64,000 nt of DNA, from the NCBI GenBank assembly GCA_036172245.1, contig JAYWIR010000033.1:806001-870000 (forward strand). Direction: 5' to 3'. The position numbers were made by a program, and so were the translations under genes. The notes beneath the pieces are model-generated. The model was not told the origin of the DNA. It did not search any database and worked only from the letters and a program-made list of their open reading frames with translations. Shown piece after piece: positions 1 through 12,714 of the stretch. The stretch is from Raillietiella orientalis (lineage: Eukaryota). Positions within the stretch are counted from its first letter, which is position 1. Each line of letters begins with the position of its first letter.

Positions 1-2313
1 AAGGAGCAGAAAAGGCTTTGGAGATTTGGTTCACCAGGAAGGACCTGCAGATCGAGAATTGTGACCTGAGAAGGATCCCGGAGTAAGACGTTCCTCCTCG
101 GGAAATGGGGAATTTTTGCCGGGTGCTTTCAGGCGCGAGGTGCGGAACATTCTGAAATTGGTGAATTGTACTGTACTGAGCTTCTCCAAGAATGAATACA
201 TCAATGCCTATCTCCTAAGGTACGTTCGTTTGTGTCCTCCCGCACCTAAATAAAAACGTGTTCAAGTGAAAGCAGCATGTTCATCACCAAAAGGCAGTTC
301 ATTTTGAAAACATGTGGGATGACAACGCCGTTGCGGTGTTTGGAAACTCTGAAGGAAGTTGCCATGAAGTATTCCGGTTTTGACGAAATAGCCGTGAGTA
401 TCAGACCCCATTCCACCCCAAGTTGACGTCGTCTTCTAGTAGCCGGAGTTCTAATTGCTACCGATTTGTTTTTCTTATTAAATGCTTCAAGTTCACGGTC
501 TATTTTGTTGTCCCGTGATAGTTTCTAAAGACCCATTCAGTTTTGAGTATTTTCTACAATTTCTTCCCCTTTACGTACACCTTTTGCTTACAGCCCTTTT
601 ACGTGTTCACTGGCTCGGTGCTGCATCCAAAAGTAAATGTGGTGTCTATCACGGAGTCACTCCAATCTCCTTTGTCATGTTTCTTAACATTTCTTTTTAG
701 GACTATTTTTATTCACACAAGGGATTCATGAAACCTGAAATTCAGCCGTATCCGTACTTTGATTTCAAACTAGAAGTGGAAGTTTTAAATACAGTGTTCA
801 ATGGTACAAGATACTGATGTGTAAAGTTAATTTATTCCGGGCTCATTTGCCCTTTTCAGATGGAAAGGCTTATTGCCTAGGACAAGAACTCAGCAACGCT
901 TTATATCTATACAGCAGAGCACAATCAAAAAAAATTAACAAAATCAGATCCATGGAAGACTCGGATCAAACTTTGGAAATAATAATGACGGATCTAGATC
1001 CCGATGTAATGAGGATCTTTACAAAGAACGTCTCCATAACTCCAGAAATAGCCAGAAAGGTAACCTCTGGAGTTATGTCCTCTTATCACCTTGATTTGCA
1101 GGCATCAGGATTAGATGCACTAATGGGAGGTTTTCAGTGGGATGATCACCTTTTTGATCCTTGTGGATATTCATTGAATGCGATAAATAAGTCTGTAAGT
1201 TGATCTTTGTTTTCCTGTTGAACCTACACATGTTTGTATACTTGTAAATATGGTAGATGATATGAATTGTTTTTAGTTGTATTTTTAGTATGATCAATCG
1301 TTATTATTATACAATTATTGTTATGTAAATGTAATTTAGCTCAGTAAGGAGGAGAAGGGCTGGAGTAAGTATGGAGACAACTACAAGTCACTTCAACTCT
1401 TTCCTGTTATCCTCCTGAAAGGTTATTCAGATGCCTTATGAGTTATCTTATCAATACAGTTCACTGTGGAATTCTAAATTCTAGAAAGATGAACTGAATT
1501 GCTAAGGATACTCTTAAAGGCTGAACAGTGTGACTTTCATGGACTGATCTTGAGTTTGCTGTGCCTTGTTTCAGGCTTCTAGATAGACCGTCTGCTGGCT
1601 ACTAGCACATAATTGGTCAGATATAATCGAAACACAAATGGAACAAGGTGCATGCCTGATGAGCTATGCATAATGTATTCGTGGGTACCAATCTCCTTGT
1701 ATGAGAATACTACAAAAGATGCCTACTAATTTACTTAAAATCTGTTTCTTGTAACTTCTTATGCATTTTGAGCCATGTTCTGCAGAATCTTCAATGTGCT
1801 TGTGTTCTCTGAGAAGAGAGCTCCAGCAACTATTTACTGATATGTACAGAAGTATTCTGTCAGCATGAGCTAAGAACCATGTTAATTCTCCATGATATGA
1901 AATTGTTGTTGCAGTCCATATCACAATGTGTTGCAGGGCCACTACGTCACAGTACATGTTACACCTGAATCAGACTATTCCTATGCTAGCTATGAAACAA
2001 ATTTTCCCTTGGAATCCATTGTCGATATGGTTTTTCATATTCTGGCCATAATGCGTCCCAGTAGCAGCATTGTCACATTTTGTGCAAATGAGGTATTTTT
2101 TTTTTTTTGCAATTCGTTTTCCTTCGTTCACCCCCTTCCCCTTTCTAAAGTCCTGACTTGCTGCTATTATTCCAGACATCCAAAACATGCTTGCACCTGG
2201 ATTCTCTCAAACATTTGGCTTATTACCATAACTATTTGGTGCTGGAAATTGACAACATCAGTCTTCAGAAATATGATCTCACATATGTCCACTTTGTGAA
2301 GTTCCCTAGCTGA
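1..2313 (+). CDS. AMD1: S-adenosylmethionine decarboxylase proenzyme, 5' end outside the window. Exons 1-82, 133-219, 267-393, 701-803, 860-1059, 1102-1194, 1937-2092, 2176-2313
   Basis: The spliced translation gives [21 protein letters not shown] (E|S pyruvoyl self-cleavage site), [14 protein letters not shown] and [16 protein letters not shown]. All introns are GT-AG with consistent phases. TGA stop at 2311-2313. Confidence 0.95.
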
Positions 2314-2653
2314 GAATTGCTGCATCCCAGAAAATTTTCTGGGTCTGCTTGTGTTTGTTTGCATTTTCATTTTTTTGCTTATTCGATAATTTTTTTTTCT
2401 TATTTGCTATGGTGGTCAAGCTTCCGTGGCAAAATCAGTTGATTCCATTTAATTTTACTGTTGTATGCCATTTTTGCATATGAGGGTGGAAATGGTTATC
2501 CTTTTTTTACAAAAGTTACGAAAGAAACGTCAATTGTTTCTACAATTGGAGTTGACTTGGTATTGTAGATGGATGCACTAGGTGCAAAAGTGAAAATGCA
2601 GAGTGATGCAAAATATTGTTCGTTGCATCGTGAATTTTTTTTTGTGTTTGTTA

Positions 2654-2680
2654 AATAAAACCACAGTTTCACAGTTTATT
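2654..2680. promoter_or_regulatory. Back-to-back polyadenylation signals: AATAAA on + at 2654-2659 (AMD1) and AATAAA on - at 2675-2680
   Basis: Both hexamers are seen directly, between the AMD1 stop and the candidate minus-strand gene. Confidence 0.5.
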
Positions 2681-2879
2681 CGTGATGTTCGATGATTCAT
2701 TATTATTCATGAAGGATTTTTCTTTCCACATCAAATCATCTACAAAACAACTAGTAATTCTAATCGAAAACAAAGCCGTAAACTGGAACGGTGTGACATT
2801 TAGTGGGGGGCACATGTGCACGCACTTGGATTCTTGTACATTGGAATGAAAACGCACATGTACAAATGGGCATGTAATT

Positions 2880-3399
2880 CTAATGCCGAATATTTCGTTG
2901 ATGCAGTGGATTTGGAAACGTCACAAACTGCTGACCCTGCACTGCACTGATTTCTCTGGAAATGTGTGCATAGGACAAAAAAAAAAATTCAAAGTCTCAT
3001 TGAGGACGTCCACTATGCTCACGGAACGGCAAAAAGTCCGATGATTGAAATCACAGCAGTGAATTTCTGACACGTCAAGTAGTATTAATTTGACGAAATT
3101 GGTCGCACTATGAAATCTTCGGCCGGAGACATTTGCCATTGCAGACCGCACCACTTGGCCTCATGGTGATCAAATTTGTGATCCAATAACAGGTTTCCAC
3201 AGGTTTTTTTGGCATTTGACGCCAGAATTAACCCATCCTCAGCACTCGGTTCACTATGCAGGTATTCCAGGAGACTGACGTACACATAGGTCGTGCAAAA
3301 GAGCGTACACAAAAGCTGGGAAACTCACCGTGGTAACGTGTGGTGAATTCACCGAGGTGTACTGCCATTCAGCTTTTGCCGTCCACCCTTTGTTTGCAT
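2880..3399 (-). CDS. Candidate small 4-exon gene, ~110 aa, with one hydrophobic segment. Exons 3399-3353, 3274-3109, 3066-3023, 2955-2880
   Basis: Three short GT-AG introns (78, 42, 67 nt) with matching phases join into MQTKGGRQKLNGSTPRLLEYLHSEPSAEDGL...AEDFIKFTAVISIIGLFAVPEISAVQGQQFVTFPNPLHQRNIRH*. A minus-strand AATAAA lies downstream. No homologue recognised. Confidence 0.4.
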
Positions 3400-3472
3400 T
3401 TTCTTGGCGGTTGCATACTCCTTGAAAACGTGGTTTTTTTTGTGTGTGTTCTTTATCCCCGAACTTGTAGAC

Positions 3473-6400
3473 ATGCATTGTGTAAATTTCCTGTGTACGT
3501 CGTCGTCATCGGGTATTCCTCTCTACCAGTGCCAGTTGGGTCAACCACAAGAGGTAGGGACTGCTCTATGCATGTACAAAGTGGTTAGCAAAGTGGCCCT
3601 GCTACCAGTGCAGGGTGAAATAGAGGAAAGCACGTGGAGCAACGGGATTTTTTTTTCTTTCTCTCGCTCTCTCTAACAGAAACAGCATGCGAACAGCCAT
3701 ATGTGCAGCCATTTTTTTCCCCATGTACATGTGCGTTTGGCAAGTCCTGTCCTGTACTAACGAAGCTTCCGGTCCCCACGGGTTTCAGCGGGTCGCATGG
3801 CACTGACCGGCGTTCCCGGGTTTGTGGCTCCAGGATCGTGGGGATGCCCGCTCCCTGGGATACTTTGCTCCAGAGGGCGATGCTGTGCTCCTCCACGGCA
3901 CCATTGGTGTGATTTCCGCTCAGTGCTTACGCGGAAAATCGGAAACAAAAATGAAATCCTTCCCGAAAATCGGAAACTGGAAAACGTACTTGCTTTGTCT
4001 TTCTTTCTCCACACGGGGAACACGCTTGTTCCGCCATTTCCCAACTCAAGGCTGCCACAGCGATTTGTAAATTTACAGCTGGTGAGCACTTCCACGGCGT
4101 TGCATGTCAAAACGCACGTGCTTATTCACGATGATCACGAAAGATATGTGTTTTGTAGAAAATGTTGGTGGAAATCGAGCGGATGTGCCTCTGAACCGGC
4201 GTTTGTAAGCCGTGATTCATTCGAACATCACATGTTGCTTTATGGTTTTTGAAAATGAGAGCTCTAATTGTCTTTTAGTAGCATTTGGATTTTTTTTTTT
4301 TTTTCTTTTTCTTTTTGGCTCTTGGAGGGGGGGGGAGGCATTAACATTGGAAATGGAATCTTTTTTGTTTACAACTACTTTTCTGCGCAAGCAGGAGAAT
4401 AAGATCCTCTTCTCCTGCTTGCGCAGAAAGAAAATAAATTTGTCAAGGTTTATATTATTTTCATTATTATTAGCGTTCAGAATAGTTTCCGAGGAAAGAG
4501 TTGTTAAAAGTAGTTGAATGTCTTGTGCTCAGCGTACAGTTCATTTTGTGTGTACAGCCGTTTATTTGAAAAGCGTACAAACTGTACGAACATCACCGGT
4601 TTATGTATTTTGCCGCTTATTATATCTCTCGTGCAATAACTTAGGAATGGGAAATTATGTCGAGTTTATGATATTGAGGGAAAAAACGGAAAGACATCTG
4701 AGCATTTGTGAGTGTTATGATTGCAATAAATCCATGAAAGCTTGCGAAATGAGGTCACCGTACGAACATGGTGTCTCAGAGGTAATCATTTTGGCTAGAC
4801 AAAAGAATGATAGTTCGGATGCCTTTTTCCACTAGACGATAAAGATTATAGGTAATACGAGAGATCTTTATTTACAAACTTTTCATAGGAGAACTCTTTG
4901 AATAGATGCATTCCCTTTTCTCCCCCTACGAAATGGTAACAGATGCTGATGGAAACGAAGGAAAAAGATCATGAGAATGTATAACGGAAAGCATATCCTT
5001 CGTTTGTGCTCTGTTTGTAATCCATTTTTCCTCACTTTGGCAGAGAAGTGTGACTGAAGGGATGTGGATCGTAAAGACAAAGTGGTAAGAAGTACATTAC
5101 TTTTAAGCTGCTGCACAACTCTTAGCACGGCCTGCTTATCGTTTATTCCAATTTGTATATTCCATCTGCCACTTTCACCTCTCATGCAAATTCTGCCCGT
5201 CTTGTTTTCGTTTTCGCCTTGAAACGATACTGTTTCTGAGCATCGTTGAGAATCAGCGAGGAAGATCTCAACCGGGAGCAGAAATTCTGCCACTTGGTAG
5301 GCCAGTGAGCTCCCACGAATGGATTTTTCGTGCTTTCAGACTGTCCGCAGGACGGCAGTGACTGTCGTTACTCTTCGGCTGCATTGCCTGCAAGTAGTGG
5401 TGGTCCCTGGAATTGTTCGCGTCGTGCTTTATTGTGTGAATTGGCACTAATCTTCATCTTCCATGAAACCTGGGTAACAAGTGCTCCCTGGGATGTTTCA
5501 TCTCCGAGACTGTTGACGGTTGAACTGATGATCCGATAATTACAATTTCCTCGTGGTCGTCTTTAGAAAACGAGGCTTCACTGTTGGTCTTTCGCTCCCT
5601 TAACTGCTGAGGCGTTCGTAACCCTTCGATGTTGCTGCGTGATCGTGCAAAGCTGTGTTCTTCACCGCGGGAAACCAACAGATTTCTCGATCAGCGGCAG
5701 CGTCATCCTAGAAGAGGGTGGCTCTTTTACGTGGCGTTTGTCCGCAGCAGCTGGCTTAAATCTCACGAGCGAAGCACTTGTCGATCTGTTAGGTTTATGC
5801 CTTTCAATCTCGTGCATGACATGGATGGATGATTTACTGTGCTCGTTTTGGAACACGAAGAACGCCCAGATCTAAGGGCAATTAAGAAGGCATTCTTGGT
5901 CCATACGACGGTGATTCCGGCGAGTTGCAGCTGTCGGTGAAGTCACTGACTGCAATCTCGCCGAAGTGAATCGTGCGGTTTCCATCTCAATGTGAAAGAA
6001 TTCATCTGAATGCATTTTCTTGCTCGTGTTGTTGAGACATGGAAATGCATCCGGATGAATAGTCGCATTCTTCAGTTTACGTGCGCCACTTTGAATACGC
6101 CATCCCGAGAAACATCTTCCAGTTTGACAAGACCGACGTCGAAGATGGTTCCAAGCTTTTTTCTCTTTTTTCTTCGCTGAAACCTTCACGGCCCCGTCCT
6201 GGTTTCTGCTTTTTCAAACCCACGTTGAACCTCCGTTTTAAGGAGAACGAGAATCCGTGCGTTCTGTGAGTGCATCTTTAGCCTGCTGGTATGGGCCTGA
6301 GGTGATGCGAAGGCAACATCCCTGCATCTCGAGCATCGTACTCGCCTAGTGACGTTGTCCTCGCCTCGCGACCCACAGTGCAAACGGCTTCCTATCTCGT

Positions 6401-9400
6401 TGCTATGGCATCTCGTCACAGATCACATGGCTTTTTTTCTTCTTCGTGTTCACCTCATGTGGACCATTTCTCTCCCTCCAGCCAAGTACAAGGAACCAAG
6501 TCGTCTTGGGCTGCTTTGGCGGACAGCAGATGTGTTTCATACCGTATAAATGGATGTTTGCGGCTGGATGACGACAAGTTTGATCTTTTCGAGGGTGATG
6601 AGTTGGTGCGAGGTTCGTGAGGTACTTCGGTCTCCATCGGCCTGAGCATTGCGTAGGCTGCTGCTTTACGGTCATCAAACTCATCACAGCCCGACAGGAA
6701 CGTGTGGGAACTGCCGTGCTTCCGGCTCCCGGACGATGGGTGGATTTTTGGGGCGACTCTCGGCAGAGTTAGCTCACCCGTTCTGGCATGTTTGCAGCTC
6801 CAGAGAGAGAGAGAGAGAGGAGAAACTTCACAAGATCGGAAAGCACTGCGCGGCGAGGATGGTTTCTCATGCACAGTGAGAGCCCGCGGCATCGCTTCGT
6901 TTTGCGACGACTTCCGGACCGAACTTTCGAGGATCCCCCTTCCCCCTCTCCCCAAACTGCGAAAAGTTTCGCCCCGGCCGATGTCGCGCTCCCCGTTCTC
7001 ATCCATCCTTAGATCGTCTCTTTGTGTTTTTGCTTTTTTCTTGCAGATCCCGTATCCATACCAGGCATCATTTCATGCTCTTGCCACATTTGGGAAGTCT
7101 CTTGGGATAACCCTGGAGCACGCCAGCAGCTCGAACTGCTGCATCGTGTGGAGGGAATACCATGAGAGGTAAAGGGTTGAGCATCTTCGCTCGCGGCGGC
7201 AATGTCCCCCTCCCCCCCCTGCCCAGGATCACGTTCATCGCGGTCGTCACGGACGCGGCAGTCCAGGAGCACGAGGTGTTTTTCGTGCAGGAGGTTCTGG
7301 ACGCCATCTTCAACGTAATGTTGATGACCCTGGGGCCGAACGATCTGGTCAGCGAAGGGCAAGACTCGGCGAGGCTGAGGAAGCATCTGAAGAAGGTGAT
7401 CCGTTGCGCGGAGGCTGCTCCGGAGCCTTCAGGGAGTCTTCCGGGAGTCCTTCGCGCTCCGCAGGGCTCCCGTCCGCCGACACGTTCCAGCCAGGAACCG
7501 TCTTTCAGACGCCGGGGGGAGGGACCGATGCGTTCCCGGTGCGAGCGCGCTGCTTGGGCTGCTTCAGTAGCAGAGCGTCTTCCTTCCCTTCCCTCCTTTC
7601 CGAAAACTTTCCGATGCCATCTTTGCGTGCGTCTGCGAGGCGCACCTGCCTTCTGGCGCGCGCCCGCCGTGTTCCGCGCCAGATTTCATCTTCCGCTGCA
7701 ATCAGCGCAATATACCGAGCCATCGGCTAACGCCGGGACGACTCGTCACGCACGCACGCAGCATCCGGCAGCTGCGTCCAGCAAGCAAACCCAGGTTACG
7801 CCAGCCCGGGGCTTTCAGCCCGGATCCGGCCTCCGCGGCAGGAAGAGACGCGGTGATGCGATCGGAGGGCAGAGACTCGCGTCGGTGGGCGCGCGGCAGC
7901 GAGCGTCGCGTTTTCGAATCCCACCCGCGGAAGGACCGCGATGCCCGAGAAATGGGCGCGCCGTGAGTTTCCAGTCCCCCACCGCAGGATGGCGCTAGTT
8001 GGCCTGCGGATGCCCCCGTTGACTGGCCGGGATGGCGACCTTCCAGGAATCAAGGAACTCTTCGGGGTTCTCCTCGGGGAGGGATGGAGGAAGGGGGAGT
8101 GGCTACCCTCCGTCTCGTATCTTGGAGCTGGTGGATTGACACCTCTCCAGAGTGTCGAGAAGCTCTCTGCTCACTTCGGGGAATCGGGAAGCGTTCTTTC
8201 AAGGTTGTCTTCGGAGGAGGAGGAGGAAACAGGGGAGCGGTTCCCGTGCGGGGGTTCCCTTCGAAGACAACCAGGGTGGAGGGTTCCTTCCCAGGAGTAA
8301 GAGAGGAATGGAATCCTTTCCCTGGGGCCTTCCCGTATTTATAGGGTGGTCCCTCCGGAATTACCGCCCTCCCCTCCCCCAACTTTGCGATCACGCTCGG
8401 GTGGCGTGGAACAGAGTTAAAGAGCTTCGGGATTTCCCCGCGAGGAGGCGGACGGCTCTCCAGCCCACTCTGCGAACCCAAACCAGAAGAACTCGGAAGC
8501 ATTCCCCGTCATCCAGAGCGGAAATACGGAGAGGAGGAACTGGGAACGACAAAGACTCCCACCTCGTCTGCCCCCGCGTATGCTCCGCTCAGCCGCCACT
8601 CCACGTCTGTGTCTGGACGCGGGCGCATGCGCTCGCCTGCCAGCGGCGGGGGTCCTTTCTCGCGCGCGCCTTTGGCTCCGCGCTTCCCATTCCTGGAAAA
8701 CCGGCGGGTTCCCAGCGACCCGGAGCGCCGTTGTCCTTGCGGTTCCCCCTCCGGCGCAACTCCGACGCCTTCTGCCGCTCCTGGGTCCCTTCGCCTCCAT
8801 GTCGAGACGAGGAGGGGCGTCTCCCACTTGGTCTTGGAGGAAGATCCGCGTCTCTTTCCCACCCACCCCTCCCTTTCCGTGGGCATCCCCCTGAAGGAGA
8901 CAGACCTTTCCGAGACACACCGGGGTCCTCCGTGCCGATAGCTCCCGGTGAGTTCCACCTCCGGAGGAATCCGTTGCTAGAGGGATGCTGTGCCCGGGGT
9001 CGTCGCCGCTTTCCCTTTCGCCGTTCGCGCTCCCCCCCGTAGCCTCGCCCGTGGCCCTCGGCGGGAGCAGTCGATTCCCACGGGTGCGTGGAGTGCTCCA
9101 CAAGGATGGTCCTCCGCTCCTCCGGTCGTTCCTCTGCTACCCGCCCGATCCCGGGCACGCAGCCTTCCAGATGATCGCGAGCGTTCCTTCCGAATTCTTC
9201 CCCCTCCCCTCCTTCCTGAAACTTCCTGGTGGGCTCCGAGAGCCACGGTTGCGTGAGGCGGGGATGGCGTGCGCGCCCGCCGCAAAACACCCGCATCGCT
9301 TTTCATCTCTCTCGCCTCCGGCGCCCCTTCTATCGGCAGGCGGCCCCACCGCCGCGGCTGGCGCTCATTTGGTCCCCGCGCGCGCACCGGGTGCCGCTGC

Positions 9401-12003
9401 GCGGGTTTTAAGTACGCGTCTCTTGGCGCCACCGCAAGGGGGGCACCCCTTCCTACCTGTCGAGGATGCCCGGGCAGGTTCGGAGCGGAAAGCTACGTTT
9501 CCGAGAAGCCCGCTCGGGGGTGCTGCGGTCGCCATCGGCGAACCGCTCCATGCCACCCTCCCTCCGCGGTCGCATCCGTCGTCTGCGGCGCTGAGGCTCC
9601 GGGCGACCGACCCCGCAGACTTCCCTCCTTCTTTTCTCACCACTCCCGTGTTGCAGAGCTGCGACGATCTTATCCGGGCCGTGTGGACAGACTACCTGCG
9701 AGGGAACCATCTGTCCTTCCTGGTGCACTCCCAGAACCCCCCTTGCGGCGGCGCCTCTCTCAAACCGTGCCTACAGGTACCGCCAGCAGGAGGGCTCCAC
9801 CTCCCCGCCCTTTCCCGGCTCTCTTAGGCGCTGAACCGGTACCTCGGTGCCTCGAAGTCCTCCTGCGGCTGCCTCCTGCGCGGAGGGCGAATCCTGTGCG
9901 CCAGCAGGACGTGGTTCTCCCTGGGGAAGTACGAGAGGGTGGCCATCCGGTTCGTGTCGCAGGGCGGCGGCAGCTGCTTCCAGGCTTCCGACGTTCCCGT
10001 CTTCGTGACCAGCGTCGACGTCAACGTAAGAATGGAGGAGGGGGGGGGGGGAAGGGCGTCCGTGGCGCGCCCTGGTCCGGGCGCAGCTTCCGGACTCTCC
10101 CGCGAGCCTACGGCCGCGTATTCGCGCTTCGGGTTCCCCGGGATGAACGGGATGCTGCCGTCGCCGCGGCAAACTAAGCGGCGCCCGTCCTGTCCGCCCG
10201 CGCGAGAGCGCTCGCGAGTTGCTGCTACTGCCAGGGCTCCGGCGACGGGCGCGCGCACGTTGTGTTCTTCGCAGGCCCCCCTGAGGCTGCTGGTCTTCCG
10301 CCTGCGCCGGGACGTTTCCGTGCTGCTGCTGTGCGGCTCCGCGCCCCTGCTGAACGACCTGCTGCGCTCCACAGTCGACTTCTGGAAGGCGGAGATGCCG
10401 CTGCTGGACGGCTTGGAGGCGCTCCGGAGCGGCGAGGTCGACGTCGTGGTGGACTCGTCCGCGCTGAGGTCGGTCGGGCGGGCGGCCCTCCCTCCCTCAA
10501 CCTTTTCCCTTTGTCCCCGTTTTCATCTTCCTCCCCGCAGTGCAAGGAAAAAAGCAGGAAGAGAGGGTGGGGAACGGACGAACTTTCCAGGATTCTCCAC
10601 CTGCCCCTGGAGGGCGCAGGCACCTCCGTGCACCATCTCTGCGCGGAGAAGTCGCACGCCTCCTCCTCCTCCTCCTCCTCTCCCGGATCCGGAGCAGTCC
10701 AGTGGTCCCTCGATCTGATCTGGCGTCTGATGCTGCCTTCCTTCCGGCGAGTCGCCGAGCTCCTGTTCGTCTTCCCCGAGCGCAAGGTGTTCGCCCTCCG
10801 CGTCCACGGCGACCTCTCTCCGGGATGGCTGCTGTGCGTCTTTCCGTCGACCGTCCCGACGGTCGCCGTCAGGTGCGCGCGCGCGCCGCCCGGGAACGCC
10901 TTCCCCAACCAAGTGGGGGTGGGCGGATGGACCCTCGAAACGACTTTCCCTCCCCCCGGGGTCGTCGCCCCCTTTCCTCTCGCCACTCGCGCGCGCTCCC
11001 CGGCGTCTGGACCCGGCCGCCGAGAGCGTCTTCTCCCTTCGGAGCTCCAGGGACGAACGCTCGGCGAGGGGAAGGGGGCGGCGGCGACGGCGACGGGTCG
11101 CCGATCGCGAAGGGAGGCGCACGGGAAGGCGATCTCGAGGGGCGAACCCGGCGCGCCCTCCGGGAGACGACAAACTCCCTTTCCCCTTTTTCCAGGAAGA
11201 GGGCGTCCCACATCCTCAAGCGGCTGGAGAAAAGGAAACCGTCTTGAAGACGGGGTCGGACGGACCGCGTCGGCGTCGGCGGCGTGCGGCAGTACCCTAC
11301 CGAACCTCCTCGTTTCGCCACCTCCTCTCCCCCTACTGCGTTCCGTGCCTCGGCGCTGCCCCGGCAGCACCATCGCGCGCGCCTCTGGTCGCCCCCGCGA
11401 GATGGAGAAACGGGAGCGAAGAAGAAAAAAAAGGCAAAAACGAAAGCAAGAGGGAACCGGGCGCCAGTGGCCAAGGGGATCCCTGGAAACAACGAGATCC
11501 ACCCACCTCCCTGCTCGCCTGGTGTCCCAACGAAGTGGTCCACTGCCCCCAATGCGTATATATAATGTATATATGTGTATATATGGATAAATGTAATGGG
11601 CACATTATATACACACACATATATATGTAACGTGTATATATAATGCACGCATACACACACACGTATATATATACATTGGGGTACACATATGTGTATATAT
11701 ATACATGCACATAGGTATGCGCATTACACATACATTAAACACGCGTATGTGCATTACATATATTCCTATGTATATATTATATACTCACATATACACATGT
11801 ATACATTGCATCCACATATTAGAGATACTCATATGTATACATTATATGTACACGCATATATAAGTATTTTCACACATGTATACATTATATATACATATGT
11901 GTACATACATACGCTTTGCAGGGATATACGCATTGCGTGCCTGCCGGGCTCCGGCGCCGCCGAGCTGGCGCTCTCCTTCCCGACCCCCCAGGATGGTCGA
12001 TAG
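3473..12003 (+). CDS. FUZ: Protein fuzzy homolog (CPLANE/planar cell polarity effector, tri-longin). Exons 3473-3553, 7047-7168, 7227-7395, 9657-9776, 9828-10025, 10275-10468, 10591-10872; last exon possibly 11922-12003 (uncertain)
   Basis: Exon peptides match remembered human FUZ: FLCTSSSSGIPLY ~ LLCLAASSGVPLF; IVWREYHERITFI ~ VVWKSFHDSITLI; GRILCASRTWFSLG ~ GRVVAATEGWWRLG; ASDVPVF...PLRLLVFRL...LLLCGSAPLL ~ ARDYPVY...PHRLLTLTL...CLLCGPSPPL; LLCVFPSTVPTVAVR ~ LLLLLSPQSPTHGLR. Splice phases are consistent through exon 7. Confidence 0.88.
4850..6000 (-). mobile_element. Highly decayed non-LTR (Jockey/I-group-like) reverse transcriptase fossil in FUZ intron 1
   Basis: Degenerate RT motifs occur in the expected order across frameshifts: KP..(RPISL)..IEKSV, QH..RT.QQL, GLPSGRISAP (~GLPQGSVL.P), SLILND, WNIQI..DKQAV. 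Confidence 0.45.
7879..8491 (+). mobile_element. tRNA-headed long SINE-like element, copy A (in FUZ intron 3)
   Basis: GCGTCGG head, TTCGAATCCCACCC B-box, CCGCAGGATGGCGCTAGTTGGCC, CCTTCCAGGAATCAAGGA, GGAGCGGTTCC, ATAGGGTGGTCCCTCC and a GACGGCTCT...GAACCCAAA tail, all shared with the copies at 31.5-38.5 kb. Confidence 0.75.
11555..11912. repeat. Degenerate (TA)n/(CA)n/(TG)n microsatellite
   Basis: Alternating purine-pyrimidine tract with sharp edges inside a GC-rich block. Confidence 0.9.
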
Positions 12004-12714
12004 CGGCGAAGGGGGAACGCGCGCGCAACCCCGAACTTTTTTTTTTTCCCAAGGACTCGCGTAGCGCACGATTAGCTTTGTTTTTTCCTTCGAGATCCTT
12101 TCTCTTCTGCCCCGGGAATCACGAATCGCCTAATCTGTGACGGGAGCACAGCGGGCACCTTCTTCCCGCGGTTCGCGAACCGAGCGGGCGATCCGAAACC
12201 GAACCCCCACGGGCTTTCGACGCAGCGGTTTCGCAGGGTTGCCAACTCGCCGGCCGGAGCAGCTCCGCCTTGCCCTGAGCTCTCGAAATGGTCGGAAGTG
12301 TCGCCGCCGACCGGATGCGCGTGTCGAAGGGTCGATCGCGTGTGATTTCACGCCTCGAGCGCGCGCTTTCCATTTCTTTCACGCGTCTTTCGTTGCACCG
12401 CGGGGCGGAAAATTTTCCTCCCGCTTGACAAAGATGCTGGGCTCGTCCATCTGGGGCGCGCAGACCCGTGGATCAGGTCGTTTTGCCCCGTTTGGTACGG
12501 CGCGATTGCAGACACGGAACAAGCATGGTGCAGAGGCCTCCTCCGCAGATGCCGCTGCTGCTCGCGCGGTTGCGCCCCACTCCCGGGCCTCCCGGAATGG
12601 TCGCGAGGCACGCAGCCGGGAAGGATTGGCGCCCGGGACACCGCTTCCTTTTTTTTTTTCGTTCGCAGATCGGCGACGGCGGCGCTCGAGTGGTTTCCCC
12701 GAGCGGCCGGAGCA

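Noticed and set aside
3329..3399. In-frame TGA (after STPR) as a selenocysteine codon
   Set aside because: The TGA overlaps a usable GTGAAT splice donor that removes it. No redox motif or SECIS recognised.
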